Source of the DNA: an uncultured delta proteobacterium
GTDB taxonomy: Bacteria; Myxococcota; Myxococcia; Myxococcales; Anaeromyxobacteraceae
Direction of reading: 5' to 3'
Assembly: GCA_963845515.1 (NCBI GenBank)
Contig: CAWJSR010000015.1
Span: 32,001-96,000, forward strand
DNA length: 64,000 bases
The translations under genes were made by a program, and so were the position numbers. The number at the start of each line of letters is the position of its first letter. Position 1 is the first letter of the stretch. This document shows positions 39,437 to 49,845 of the stretch, piece after piece. The notes beneath the pieces were generated by a model. It searched no databases, was not told the DNA's origin, and saw only the letters and a program-made list of their open reading frames with translations.

Positions 39437-40852
39437 ATGGCCGAACAGGAAGCGCCAAGACGCACCGAAGCCCCAGTCTCCGCGCTCAGGAGCGCACGCG
39501 ATCTGCCCCACAACGTGGAGGCGGAGCAGGCGGTGCTCGGCGCGATCCTGATCGACGAGAACGCCTTCGACCAGGTCGCGGCCCGGCTCAAGCCGGGTGA
39601 CTTCTACCTGCTCCCGCACCAGCACGTCTTCGACGTCTGCATGGGGCTCGCGACCGAGGGGAAGACGATCGATCCGGTGCTCGTGATGCAGCGGCTCGAC
39701 GCGAAGGGCTGGCTCGGCACGGCGGTCCCGCGAGAGCTCCCGCTGTCGCTCGCCCGCGGCCTCGGCACCGCGAGCAACGCCGACCACTACGCGCGCGTCG
39801 TCCAGGACCTCTCGCGGCTCCGCCAGATGATGCTCACCGCGCAGCGGCTGGTGGAGCGCGGGTACGAGTCGGGCGCCAACGTCCAGAACTTCCTGGACTC
39901 CGCGCAGCAGGACGTCTTCGGCGCCGCCGCCGGCACCGGCATGGAGACGCTGCGCCCGATCCAGGAGCCGCTCCTCCAGGCGGTCGACAACCTGGAGGCG
40001 ATCCAGAAGCGGGTGCAGGCGGGGCTCTCGCCGATCACCGGCGTGCCCACCGGCCTCCCGTCGCTCGACAAGATGATGCTCGGCCTCCAGCCCGGGTCGC
40101 TCATCGTCCTCGCGGCCCGGCCCTCGGTCGGCAAGACGGCCTTCGCCCTCAACATCGCCGCCCACGCGGCGGTGAAGCAGGGGAAGAAGGTCGCCGTCTT
40201 CTCGCTCGAGATGCCCTCCGATCAGCTCGCGCTCCGCATGCTGGCGTCCGAGGCCAAGCTCGACTGGCGCCGGCTCTCGCAGGGCATGATGTCCAAGCTC
40301 GACTGGGAGAAGGTGGGGAACCACGCCGAGAAGATCAGCCGCTCCTCGCTCTGGCTCGACGACAACTTCGTCCTCACGCCGGTCGAGCTCCGCTCGAAGT
40401 GCCGCAAGATCAAGCGCGAGCATGGCGGGCTGGACCTCGTCGTGATCGACTACCTCCAGCTCATGCACGCCCCCAGCGACCGTGGGATCCAGTCGCGCGA
40501 GCAGGAGATCGCCACCATCAGCCGCTCGCTCAAGGCGCTCTCCAAGGAGCTGCAGCTCCCAGTCCTCGCCCTCTCGCAGCTCAACCGCAGCGTCGAGAAG
40601 CGGAAGGGCGAGCCGCCCATGCTCTCGGACCTCCGCGAGTCGGGCGCCATCGAGCAGGACGCCGACGTGGTCATGTTCCTCCACCGCGACGACGGCGACG
40701 AGAAGGACGGCGCCGCCGCCCAGACCGGCGACACTCAGCAGGTCCAGCTCCACGTGGCCAAGCAGCGCCAGGGGCCAACCGGGCGGGTGGACCTGGTCTT
40801 CTTCAAGACCAACACCTTCTTCGCCGAGATGCGGAGCGACGGCGGGGCGTAG
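39437..40852 (+). CDS. dnaB: Replicative DNA helicase
   Basis: LPHNVEAEQAVLG, LAARPSVGKT, FSLEM, IDYLQL, LSQLNR and DLRESGAIEQDAD motifs. Confidence 0.98.
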   Translation: MAEQEAPRRTEAPVSALRSARDLPHNVEAEQAVLGAILIDENAFDQVAARLKPGDFYLLPHQHVFDVCMGLATEGKTIDPVLVMQRLDAKGWLGTAVPRELPLSLARGLGTASNADHYARVVQDLSRLRQMMLTAQRLVERGYESGANVQNFLDSAQQDVFGAAAGTGMETLRPIQEPLLQAVDNLEAIQKRVQAGLSPITGVPTGLPSLDKMMLGLQPGSLIVLAARPSVGKTAFALNIAAHAAVKQGKKVAVFSLEMPSDQLALRMLASEAKLDWRRLSQGMMSKLDWEKVGNHAEKISRSSLWLDDNFVLTPVELRSKCRKIKREHGGLDLVVIDYLQLMHAPSDRGIQSREQEIATISRSLKALSKELQLPVLALSQLNRSVEKRKGEPPMLSDLRESGAIEQDADVVMFLHRDDGDEKDGAAAQTGDTQQVQLHVAKQRQGPTGRVDLVFFKTNTFFAEMRSDGGA

Positions 40853-40859
40853 CGCGGCC

Positions 40860-40896
40860 CCCTCACGCTGACCCTCTCCCCCGGTGGGGGAGAGGG
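40860..40896. repeat. REP-like palindrome
   Basis: ccctcacgctga-ccctctccccc-ggt-gggggagaggg between convergent genes. Confidence 0.75.
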
Positions 40897-40908
40897 AAGT
40901 CCAGGGCG

Positions 40909-41126
40909 TCAGTTGGCGGCGGTCTTCTGGGCCGTCGGAGCCTTCGTCTTCTCCGCCTTGACGGCCTTCTGCGCGCCGGGGGCCTTCTCGGACTTCGCGA
41001 CCGCGCCGCTCGGCGCCGGCCGGCCGAGGTCGTCGTCGTGTGCGGCTTGTCGAAGCCGCACGGGAGCGCCGGGGCCGCGAGCGCGAGCAGCGCGAGCGCG
41101 GTGACTGCACGGGCAACGAGCTTCAT
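40909..41126 (-). CDS. Small exported Lys/Ala-rich protein; apparent frameshift near 41030
   Basis: AAGGAG RBS and signal peptide MKLVARAVTALALLALAAPALPC; the C-terminal AKSEKAPGAQK...AAN is in another frame. Confidence 0.55.
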
Positions 41127-41264
41127 GGCTTCGCTCCTTCGATACGGGTGGTGGGCCAGTGCATGTGGGCGCGCGCGCCCCGAGGCAACCCGACCCGCGC
41201 GGAGCGGCCGCTTGCGCCCCAACTGCGGCGCAAGCCGTCCCTTGGCCCCCGGTGACCAGGCGGC

Positions 41265-42021
41265 CTAGGTGTCGGCCGCGTCGAGGTACCGCTCGACGAT
41301 CCGCTTTGCGCCGCGCACGGCGTCGTCCAGCGACGCCCCACGAGCGAGGAGACCGGCTATCGCCGACGCGAGCCTGCACCCGGTGCCGCGCGCGCTCACG
41401 GAGCGCCGCCGGCCGGTGAAGCGGGTCACGCGGCGGCCTTCGACGAGCAGGTCGACCGGCGCCCCCGCGCGGTGCCCTCCCTTCACGAGGACCGCGCGGG
41501 ATGGCAGCGCGCGGGCGGCCGCGATCGCCGCCTCGTCGGTCGCCACGTCGAGCCCCGTCAGCGCCTGGAGCTCCGGGAGGTTCGGGGTCGCCAGCCGGGC
41601 GCGGGCGAGGAGAGGCTCGAGCGAGGCGGCGATCCCGCGCCCCTCGTCGTCGAAGAGCGACGCTCCGGAGGAGGCGACGAGGACCGGGTCGACCACCAGC
41701 GGAACGCGGGCGAGGTCGCGCGCACCGAACCGGTCCGACAGGACGCGGGCGCCGAGCGCGGCCCCGAGCATGCCGGTCTTCAGGGCGCGCGGCCGTTCGC
41801 GGCCGGCGAGGAGCGCGTCGATCTGCGGCGAGGAGCATCCGCTCGCCGACCGGCTCGAAGCCGCTCGCCCCCTTCGGCCCCTGCGCCGTCAGCGCCGTCG
41901 CGACCGCCCAGCCGCGCGCTCCCACCGCGGCGAGCGCCTGGAGGTCGGCGACGAGCCCTGCGCCGCCGGAGGGATCGAGCCCCGCGGCGACGAGCACCGT
42001 GGGAGTGGCGGCTCGCCTCAC
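41265..42021 (-). CDS. thiD: Hydroxymethylpyrimidine/phosphomethylpyrimidine kinase; apparent frameshift near 41825
   Basis: AGLDPSGGAGLVADL and TALTAQ, then KTGML, VDPVLVASSG, TPNLPE, VKGGH and GTGC in a second frame. Confidence 0.88.
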
Positions 42022-42734
42022 CGGCGCCGCTCCGCCGCGGCGCGCACGAGCCCACGGTAGAGCTCGGCGTGGCGCGGCTCGTGGCGCTGCGCAGACTCGG
42101 GGTGCCACTGGACGCCGAGCGCGAACGGGTGACCCGGGAGCTCTATCCCCTCGATGACGCCGTCCGGCGCGCGCGCCGTGACGAGGAGCCCCGGCCCGAC
42201 CGCCTTCACCGCCTGGTGGTGCGTGGAGTTGACGCGCAGCCTGCCGGCACCCACGAGCGCCGCGAGGCGCGTCGCCGGCACGATCTCGACGTCGTGGCTC
42301 GGGACGTCCTTGGGGGCTGGCTGCTGGTGGATCCGGATCCCCGTGTCGGTGGGCAGGTCCTGGTGCAGCGACCCCCCCATGGCGACGTTGAGGAGCTGCA
42401 TCCCGCCGCAGACCCCGAGCACCGGCGTGCCGCTTCCGAGGACGCGCCGCAGGAGACACAGCTCGGTCCCGGTCCGCTCCGGGATGAGGGGGCCGCAGCA
42501 CGGCCGCACCTCCTCCCCGTAGAGCGCCGGCGGGACGTCGAACCCGCCGCCGGAGAGGACGAGCCCGTCGAGGAGGGCCAGATAGGCCTCGCACTCGGCT
42601 GGGCCCACGAAGGGGACGAGGATCGGCAGCCCCCCCGCCCCCAGCACCGCGTCCACGTACGTGCGCTTCAGCTCGTAGCGGACCTTCGACTCGTCCGCGT
42701 CGAGCGAGATCCCAATCCTGGGGCGTGCGCTCAC
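42018..42734 (-). CDS. Gamma-glutamyl-gamma-aminobutyrate hydrolase family (peptidase C26)
   Basis: LSGGGFDV.P.LYG, LGVCGGMQLLNV, VNSTHHQ and GVQWHPE motifs. Confidence 0.9.
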   Translation of the reverse strand: MSARPRIGISLDADESKVRYELKRTYVDAVLGAGGLPILVPFVGPAECEAYLALLDGLVLSGGGFDVPPALYGEEVRPCCGPLIPERTGTELCLLRRVLGSGTPVLGVCGGMQLLNVAMGGSLHQDLPTDTGIRIHQQPAPKDVPSHDVEIVPATRLAALVGAGRLRVNSTHHQAVKAVGPGLLVTARAPDGVIEGIELPGHPFALGVQWHPESAQRHEPRHAELYRGLVRAAAERRR

Positions 42735-43408
42735 GGCGTGCCGAGCCTCCCCTCCTCGAAGGCGGCGGCCAGGAGCCGGGCCCGCTCTCCCGGGTCGCCC
42801 CGCTCGAAGAGGTCGCCGATCACGGCCGCGCAGGCCGCGCCGGCTGCCGCGATGCCGCCGATGCTCTCCAGCGTGATGCCGCCGATCGCGACGACCGGCG
42901 CGCCGAGCGAGCCGGCGACCTCACGCAGCGCAGAGCCCGGGCGCGGCGGGACGCCGACCTCCTTGCTCGTCGTCGCGAACATCGGGCCGAAGCCCACGTG
43001 ATCGGCGCCGTCGGCGATCGCCCACTTCGCCTCCTCGAACGTCCGACAGGTGCGGCCGACGAGCAGCTCCGGGCCGAGGAGCTTGCGAGCCTGGGCGACC
43101 GGGAGATCCTCGTCGCCGACGTGTACGCCGTCGGCACCGGAGAGGAGCGCGAGGTCGGCGCGGTCGTTCACGATGACGAGGGCCCGGCCTCGCGCAAGCT
43201 CCACCACCCGCCTCGCGGCGTCGAGCACCGCGCCGGACGGCGCGTCCTTCCAGCGGACCTGCACGACGCGAGCGCCGCCGTCGATCGCGGCGCGCGCCCG
43301 CTCGACGAGCTCAGGGCCACCCACGATCGCGTAGAGCCCGGCCAGCCGCGCGAGGCGCGCCGCGTGGGGCGTCTGGGCTTCGATCCGCGCGGGGGGGGAC
43401 GTCGGCAT
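42731..43408 (-). CDS. thiE: Thiamine phosphate synthase
   Basis: VQVRWK, IVNDRADLA, ADGVHVGDED, GPMFATTSK and VAIGGI motifs. Confidence 0.92.
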   Translation of the reverse strand: MPTSPPARIEAQTPHAARLARLAGLYAIVGGPELVERARAAIDGGARVVQVRWKDAPSGAVLDAARRVVELARGRALVIVNDRADLALLSGADGVHVGDEDLPVAQARKLLGPELLVGRTCRTFEEAKWAIADGADHVGFGPMFATTSKEVGVPPRPGSALREVAGSLGAPVVAIGGITLESIGGIAAAGAACAAVIGDLFERGDPGERARLLAAAFEEGRLGTP

Positions 43409-43429
43409 GCGCTTGGCGGTAGCATGCGC

Positions 43430-43459
43430 TTGACGCAGCCGCAAGGCGCCGCATATTTT
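43430..43459 (+). promoter_or_regulatory. Putative sigma-70 promoter TTGACG-N18-TATTTT
   Basis: Consensus-like hexamers about 30 nt upstream of the 43492 ORF. Confidence 0.45.
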
Positions 43460-43491
43460 CCACGGCTTCCGCTGGAAGGAACCAAAAACCA

Positions 43492-43680
43492 ATGGCCGAG
43501 ATCGAGAACAAGCTCGTAGATCGCCGCACCGCCCCGCGTTACCTGCGCAAGGGCGTCCTCGACGAGAAGGACTACGAGAAGTACCTGAAGGCCCTCCCCG
43601 ATCTCGCCGACCAGGCCGTACCGGTCGAAGCGGCCATGGAGGGAGAGGACGACTTCGAGGACGACGACGACGAGGCGTAG
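43492..43680 (+). CDS. Small protein with acidic tail
   Basis: 62 aa with AAGGA RBS; D.R...RYLRKG.LD.KDYEKYLK.LPD pattern. Confidence 0.8.
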   Translation: MAEIENKLVDRRTAPRYLRKGVLDEKDYEKYLKALPDLADQAVPVEAAMEGEDDFEDDDDEA

Positions 43681-43684
43681 CCAC

Positions 43685-45054
<1,370 letters not shown>

Positions 45055-45142
45055 ACGGGACTGGTCCCGCCCCGCCGGCGAAGCCGGCAGGGCCCCCACC
45101 CCCGCCTCGCGCTTCTTCGGGGGGCCGCCCGTGTAGGCTTCG

Positions 45143-45421
45143 ATGACCGATCCGAAGACGCCCGCCCCGATCGACTTCTACACGTTCGTCCTCTCGCTCG
45201 GCTCGTCGGCGCTGATGCACCTCGGCGACGCGCCCCACCCGGAGACGGGCGAGACGCTGCCCACGAACCTGCCCGTCGCGCACCAGACGATCGACATCCT
45301 GTCGATGCTCCAGGAGAAGACGCGCGGCAACCTGACGCCGGCGGAGGAGAAGTTCCTCGAGAACCTCCTGACGGACCTGCGGCTGCGCTACGTGTCGAAG
45401 GCGGGCGGGAAGCCCGGGTAG
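45143..45421 (+). CDS. DUF1844-like protein
   Basis: F..FVLSL.SSALMHLG..PHP, A.QTIDIL.ML.EKTRGNL and DLRLRYV. Confidence 0.8.
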   Translation: MTDPKTPAPIDFYTFVLSLGSSALMHLGDAPHPETGETLPTNLPVAHQTIDILSMLQEKTRGNLTPAEEKFLENLLTDLRLRYVSKAGGKPG

Positions 45422-45443
45422 GAATCCGGCGGCTGTTGCCGCC

Positions 45444-45681
45444 CGGGTCATCAGCGCGCGCCGCGCGACCTCGCATGAGCAGAGGAGATATGAAGAAGGT
45501 GACCAGGGTTGGGGAGCCGTCGAAGCGCTCGCTGAAGGAGATCCCGGAGATCGACTTCGCCAGGTTGAAGGTCCGGAGGAATCCCTGGGCGGCGCGCGTC
45601 GCCGCAGAAGGGATCGTTCACGTGGCCCGCGGCCGGCCCAAGAAGGGGACGGAGACGGGCCCCACCAGGCGGGCGCCGTAG
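45444..45681 (+). pseudogene. Remnant of a BrnT/BrnA-like toxin-antitoxin module
   Basis: 45444-45503 reads RVISARRATSHEQRRYEEGD (BrnT-like C-terminus, no N-terminus). It overlaps an ORF from 45490 (MKKV..EIPEIDF..RNPWA..RGRPKKG) that stops before any DNA-binding domain. Confidence 0.55.
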
Positions 45682-45691
45682 GGGCACTGGC

Positions 45692-46135
45692 TCAGCTTGG
45701 GGAGTCCACGGAAAGATCCGTGAAGAACCGCGCGACGTCGACGTTGGCGATGGTCCGCGCCAAAGTCACAGGTGAGACTCCGTGATCGTTCGGCCGCCGG
45801 GGATCTGCGCCGGCCTCCCTCAGGACCGCGATGACGCTCCCGTCACCTCTCGAATTGAACACCGCTGTCGAGAGCGGGGTGTTCCCGTGGCTGTCCCGGA
45901 GATCGACTTCGGCTCCTGCGGCCAGCAGCGCCCGGACGCACGCCACACACCGCGCCTGGGCCGCGAAGTGGAGGGCGCTCCAGCCGTTGTCGTCCTGGGC
46001 GTTCGGGTCAGCGCCCGCGCCCAGCAGCGGTTCTAGCTCGCCGGCGTCGCCATCCAGCGCAGCGTAGTGGAGCGGCGTTCGCCCGTATTCATCGACGCCC
46101 GGTCGCGGCGTCCTCTTCGGAGTCTTCTGCGTCAA
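45692..46135 (-). CDS. Ankyrin repeat protein
   Basis: GRTPLHYAA, GWSALHFAA, GNTPLSTAV and GVSPV repeats. Confidence 0.9.
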   Translation of the reverse strand: MTQKTPKRTPRPGVDEYGRTPLHYAALDGDAGELEPLLGAGADPNAQDDNGWSALHFAAQARCVACVRALLAAGAEVDLRDSHGNTPLSTAVFNSRGDGSVIAVLREAGADPRRPNDHGVSPVTLARTIANVDVARFFTDLSVDSPS

Positions 46136-46217
46136 GAGTCCCTCCGCCGGAGCGACACGCGGTGGACGCGGCTGATTCGCGGCGGGCCTGGCCTCGCGCG
46201 ACGCGCAGCCCTGGCGA

Positions 46218-46412
46218 TCACGGCGCCTTCGGCGCCACGTGCTCGGTGTAGGCCGGGTTGCGGTGATTCTGGCCGGGGTTGTGTGCGTCCCAGCACGTGT
46301 CGGAGCAGAAGTAGAGCTGGAAGCGCTTTCGGTTGCAGGTCGAGACTGCGCACTTCAGGTAGGGCGCGCCGTGCTCGATGGGCTTCTTGCAGACGCTGCA
46401 CTTGTTCCACAT
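46218..46412 (-). CDS. Small Cys/His-rich (zinc-finger-like) protein
   Basis: CSVC, C....C and FCS..CWDAH in 64 aa; codon bias. Confidence 0.75.
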   Translation of the reverse strand: MWNKCSVCKKPIEHGAPYLKCAVSTCNRKRFQLYFCSDTCWDAHNPGQNHRNPAYTEHVAPKAP

Positions 46413-46566
46413 GCCGGCACTCTAGATGCCGGGAGGTCATCCCCGGAAGTCCCTCGGCGTGGCCTGGCGCCTGACCATCCGGGGATCCCCGCAAGCCGCC
46501 TCCCCTATCGCTGCGGGAGCACGTGGGGTTTGTCCCGCAGCGCCTTCGGCTTCCCCTTGGCACCAT

Positions 46567-46720
46567 CCCCTCCCCCTCACCGAGGGGGAGGGTCAGGGTG
46601 AGGGAGCAGGAAATCGCGCGTCGGCGCGCTGCGATGCTCGACGAGCACGTGCCAAGCTGATGCCCGCGTACCCGTGGTCGCTCCCTCACCCTTGCCCTCT
46701 CCCCCGGTGGGGGAGAGGGG
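46567..46720. repeat. Inverted pair of REP-like palindromes (REPIN/BIME-like)
   Basis: ccctccccctc-acc-gagggggaggg-tcagggtgaggg (46567-46605) and ccctcacccttg-ccctctccccc-ggt-gggggagaggg (46682-46720), with tails facing. Confidence 0.75.
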
Positions 46721-46793
46721 ATGATCATCATGGTGGGTGCCGCTCGCGACGTGCGTTCTTCAACGGCCTACGGCGGCAAGTCGGCCCGGACCG

Positions 46794-47066
46794 CTACAGC
46801 CCGGCCTGCAGCATCGCCTCGGCCAGGCGGCGGATCAGCTCGCGCCTCACCACGCGGCGCGTTCGCGACAGCGCGTTCGGATCGCGGCGCGCGCGGTGCG
46901 TGACCATGCGGCGGGCGGCCTCTACGACCCACGCTATGCGGCGCGAGTCGAGGCGTGGGGTCCGGGAGCCAGGGAGCAGGAAGAAGCCGAGGCCGCGCTC
47001 CTCGAGGAGCGCGAGGAGGGTGCGCCTCGCCTGCGAGACGAGAGTTAGGTCGACGACGTTCGGCAC
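46794..47066 (-). CDS. Hypothetical protein (90 aa)
   Basis: Directly downstream of bioD on the same strand; plausible codon usage. Confidence 0.6.
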   Translation of the reverse strand: MPNVVDLTLVSQARRTLLALLEERGLGFFLLPGSRTPRLDSRRIAWVVEAARRMVTHRARRDPNALSRTRRVVRRELIRRLAEAMLQAGL

Positions 47067-47106
47067 GAAGCGATCTCTAGGATCGATCCGGCGATCGATC
47101 CAATTT

Positions 47107-47790
47107 TCACGCGCTCGTCGAAAACTTTACTTCGGACCCCATCACGGCTTGCAGCGTCGCGCTGCGCTCCGCGATATCGGCCTTGAACGCCAAGGGTCCC
47201 ACGACTTTCGCGCCGGTGAGCCGCGCGATCTCTGCGGCGTTGTGCGGCACCGACGGATCGTCCGCGGGGGTCGCGCGGTTGAGCACGATCGCCGCGATCG
47301 CGAGCCCCCGGCGGCGCAGCGCCTCGACCGTCAGCGCCGCGTGGTTGACCGTCCCGAGCCCGGCGCGCGCGACGACGATCACCGGGAGCGAGAGCGCGAC
47401 CGCGAGGTCGGCGTAGGTCTCCCGCTCGGTGAGCGGGACGAGGAGCCCGCCGGCGCCCTCGACGACGATCGCGTCGTGGCGCGCGGCGAGCGCGCGCGCG
47501 GCGTCGAGGATCCGCGCGAGCTCGACTGTCCGCCCCTCCAGCCTCGCCGCGACGGCAGGCGCGAGCGGGGCGGCGAGCGAGTAAGGGCAGATCGCGTCGA
47601 GCGGCTCCACGCGATCGCTGGCGTCGCGAAGCCGCTCTGCGTCGGAGGGCTCGCCAGGCGTCGCGCCGGCCTGGGCCGGCTTCATGCCGACCGCGTCGAC
47701 GCCGGCGGCGCGCGCGGCGCGGAGGAGCGCGCAGGCGATCTCCGTCTTGCCGACGCCGGTGTCGGTGGCCGTGACGAAGAAGCCGTTCAT
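47107..47790 (-). CDS. bioD: Dethiobiotin synthase
   Basis: FVTATDTGVGKT, VVEGAGGLLVP and LGTVNH motifs. Confidence 0.95.
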   Translation of the reverse strand: MNGFFVTATDTGVGKTEIACALLRAARAAGVDAVGMKPAQAGATPGEPSDAERLRDASDRVEPLDAICPYSLAAPLAPAVAARLEGRTVELARILDAARALAARHDAIVVEGAGGLLVPLTERETYADLAVALSLPVIVVARAGLGTVNHAALTVEALRRRGLAIAAIVLNRATPADDPSVPHNAAEIARLTGAKVVGPLAFKADIAERSATLQAVMGSEVKFSTSA

Positions 47791-47818
47791 TCCGGGAGCC
47801 CCCGACGGGTCAGACGCC

Positions 47819-47857
47819 CCCTCACCCAGCCTCTTCCCCGCGGGGGCGGGGAGAGGT
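47819..47857. repeat. REP-like palindrome
   Basis: ccctcacccagcctcttccccgc-ggg-gcggggagagg between bioA and bioD. Confidence 0.65.
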
Positions 47858-47889
47858 GCATCCGCGAGGCGCGAAGGTGCGATGAGTGG

Positions 47890-49263
47890 TCACAGCGCCG
47901 CCGTCACCTTCGCGATGCTGGCGAGCGCGATCCCGGCCAGCTCCCCTAGCTGCGCCTCGGTCATGCCCAGCGGCGGCATCAGGACGACGACGTTGCCGAG
48001 CGGCCGCAGGATCGCCCCCAGCTTCCGTGCCTCGGTGCAGACCTGGTGGCCGGCGCGGAGACCGCTCGCGTACTCCTCCCTCGTCGCGCGATCGCGGACG
48101 AGCTCGATCCCCACCATCAGCCCGCGCTGCCGCACCTCGCCGACGTGCGCCATGTCCGAAGCCGGCGCCAGGGCGCCGGCGAGCGACGCGACCTTCCCGG
48201 GGAGCGCCTGGAGGATCCCCTTGTCCCGGAACAGGTGCATCGACGCCACCGACGCCGCGCAGGCGAGCGGATTCCCGGTGTACGTGTGACCGTGAAAGAA
48301 GGTCCGCTGCGCGTCGAACGGCCCGAGGAAGCTCTCGAACACCCGCTCGGTCGTGAGGGTCGCGGCGAGCGGCAGGTAGCCGCCGCTGATCCCCTTCGCC
48401 ACTGTCATCAGGTCGGGGACGACCCCCTCGTGCTCCACGGCGAACATCCTGCCCGTGCGCCCGAAGCCGGTCGCCACCTCGTCGCAGACGAGCAGCGCGC
48501 CGTGCCGGTCGCAGATCTCGCGCATCCGCCGGACGTAGCCGGGCGGCTGCGTGATCATGCCGTCCGCCCCCTGGACGAGCGGCTCCATGACGAGCGCCGC
48601 GATCTTCCCCGCCCGGCTCTCGAAGATCTTCTCCACCTCGTCGGCGCAGGCCATCGCGCACTCTGGCCACCGCTTGGCGAGCGGGCAGCGGTAGCAGTAC
48701 GGCTGCGGCGCGTGGTGGACGTCGAAGAGGAGCGGCTTGAAGATCCGGTGGAAGAGGTCGATGCCCCCGAGCGAGACGGAGCCGATCGTGTCGCCGTGGT
48801 AGGCGCCGCGCAGCCCGACGAACTCGGTGCGCGCAGTGTCGCCGCGCAGCTGGTGGTGCTGGAACGCGATCTTGAGCGCGATCTCGACCGCGGTCGCCCC
48901 GGCGTCCGAGAAGAAGACGCGGGTGAGCCCCCTGGGCGTCCAGCGGAGCAGCTCCTCCGCGCACTCGATCGAAGCGGTCGAGGCGAGCCCGAGGAGCGTC
49001 GTGTGGGCGACCCGATCGAGCTGCGCCCGCACGGCCGCGTCGATCTCCGGCACGCGGTGGCCGTGGACGTTGCACCAGAGTGACGAGACTCCGTCCAGGT
49101 ACCGGTTCCCCAGCGTGTCTACGAGGTGGACGCCGTCCGCCGAGTCGATGATGAGCGGCTCCTCGGCGAGCCACTCCTCCATCTGCGTGAAGGGGTGCCA
49201 CAGGTTCTTGTGGTCCGCCTCCACGAGGCGGCGGTGGCGTGCGCTGCGTTCTGCGTCTGTCAT
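47890..49263 (-). CDS. bioA: Adenosylmethionine-8-amino-7-oxononanoate transaminase
   Basis: [39 protein letters not shown] and HGHTY motifs. Confidence 0.96.
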   Translation of the reverse strand: MTDAERSARHRRLVEADHKNLWHPFTQMEEWLAEEPLIIDSADGVHLVDTLGNRYLDGVSSLWCNVHGHRVPEIDAAVRAQLDRVAHTTLLGLASTASIECAEELLRWTPRGLTRVFFSDAGATAVEIALKIAFQHHQLRGDTARTEFVGLRGAYHGDTIGSVSLGGIDLFHRIFKPLLFDVHHAPQPYCYRCPLAKRWPECAMACADEVEKIFESRAGKIAALVMEPLVQGADGMITQPPGYVRRMREICDRHGALLVCDEVATGFGRTGRMFAVEHEGVVPDLMTVAKGISGGYLPLAATLTTERVFESFLGPFDAQRTFFHGHTYTGNPLACAASVASMHLFRDKGILQALPGKVASLAGALAPASDMAHVGEVRQRGLMVGIELVRDRATREEYASGLRAGHQVCTEARKLGAILRPLGNVVVLMPPLGMTEAQLGELAGIALASIAKVTAAL

Positions 49264-49282
49264 GGAGGGGGCAGCTTAGCCG

Positions 49283-49468
49283 CTACCCCTCCTTCCACTC
49301 CATCGTCAGAAAGTCGGCTTCGGCCGGGGTCAGGTCGAAGCGAAGCGCCGCCTCCTCGATTAGCTTGAGCCGGGGGGCCTGGGGCTCCTCCTGCCTCCGC
49401 TCCGAGAGCCAGCGGAGCGCGCGCCGCAGCGCCTCGCCCTGCCCCTGGATGCCGTTCGGGTTCGCCAT
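49283..49468 (-). CDS. Small hypothetical protein
   Basis: GGAGG RBS; LRRALRWLSE...EEAALRFDLTP.EA.FL. Confidence 0.75.
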   Translation of the reverse strand: MANPNGIQGQGEALRRALRWLSERRQEEPQAPRLKLIEEAALRFDLTPAEADFLTMEWKEG

Positions 49469-49527
49469 TGTCCGCCTCCAGGGCACATCCTACCGCGGTA
49501 GTCCCTCCGGCGACGTGGCAACGGGCT

Positions 49528-49556
49528 TTGACGGCGGGCTCGCGACGGACTATTTC
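49528..49556 (+). promoter_or_regulatory. Putative sigma-70 promoter TTGACG-N17-TATTTC
   Basis: Spacing read directly; upstream of the 49632 ORF. Confidence 0.45.
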
Positions 49557-49631
49557 CTACCCCGCCCCCCGGCTCCCCGGCGGGGGAGGATTGGCGTGTT
49601 GCCGGCCGGGGCACAACGACAGGAGGACGCC

Positions 49632-49820
49632 ATGGCGTTCAACCCAGGAACAACGAAGCGCCAGAAGGAGGCGTCCCGCCGGGACTACCAGAGCAAGAAG
49701 CAGGAGAAGAAGGAGCAGCGCAAGCGGGAGAAGGAGGTCCGCGACCCCTCGGCCCCGGCTGGCGTGGATCCCGACATCGCCGGCATCGTCCCCGGTCCCC
49801 AGCCGCTCCCGGAGGATTAG
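49632..49820 (+). CDS. Small basic hypothetical protein
   Basis: AGGAGG RBS; KRQKE..R..K...K and DPDIAGIVPGPQP. Confidence 0.8.
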   Translation: MAFNPGTTKRQKEASRRDYQSKKQEKKEQRKREKEVRDPSAPAGVDPDIAGIVPGPQPLPED

Positions 49821-49845
49821 CAGCCGCGCCGTCCCGAGCCTGAGC

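Noticed and set aside
43409..43491. TPP riboswitch upstream of thiE
   Set aside because: The region is short and lacks the CTGAGA core; it looks like a divergent promoter region.
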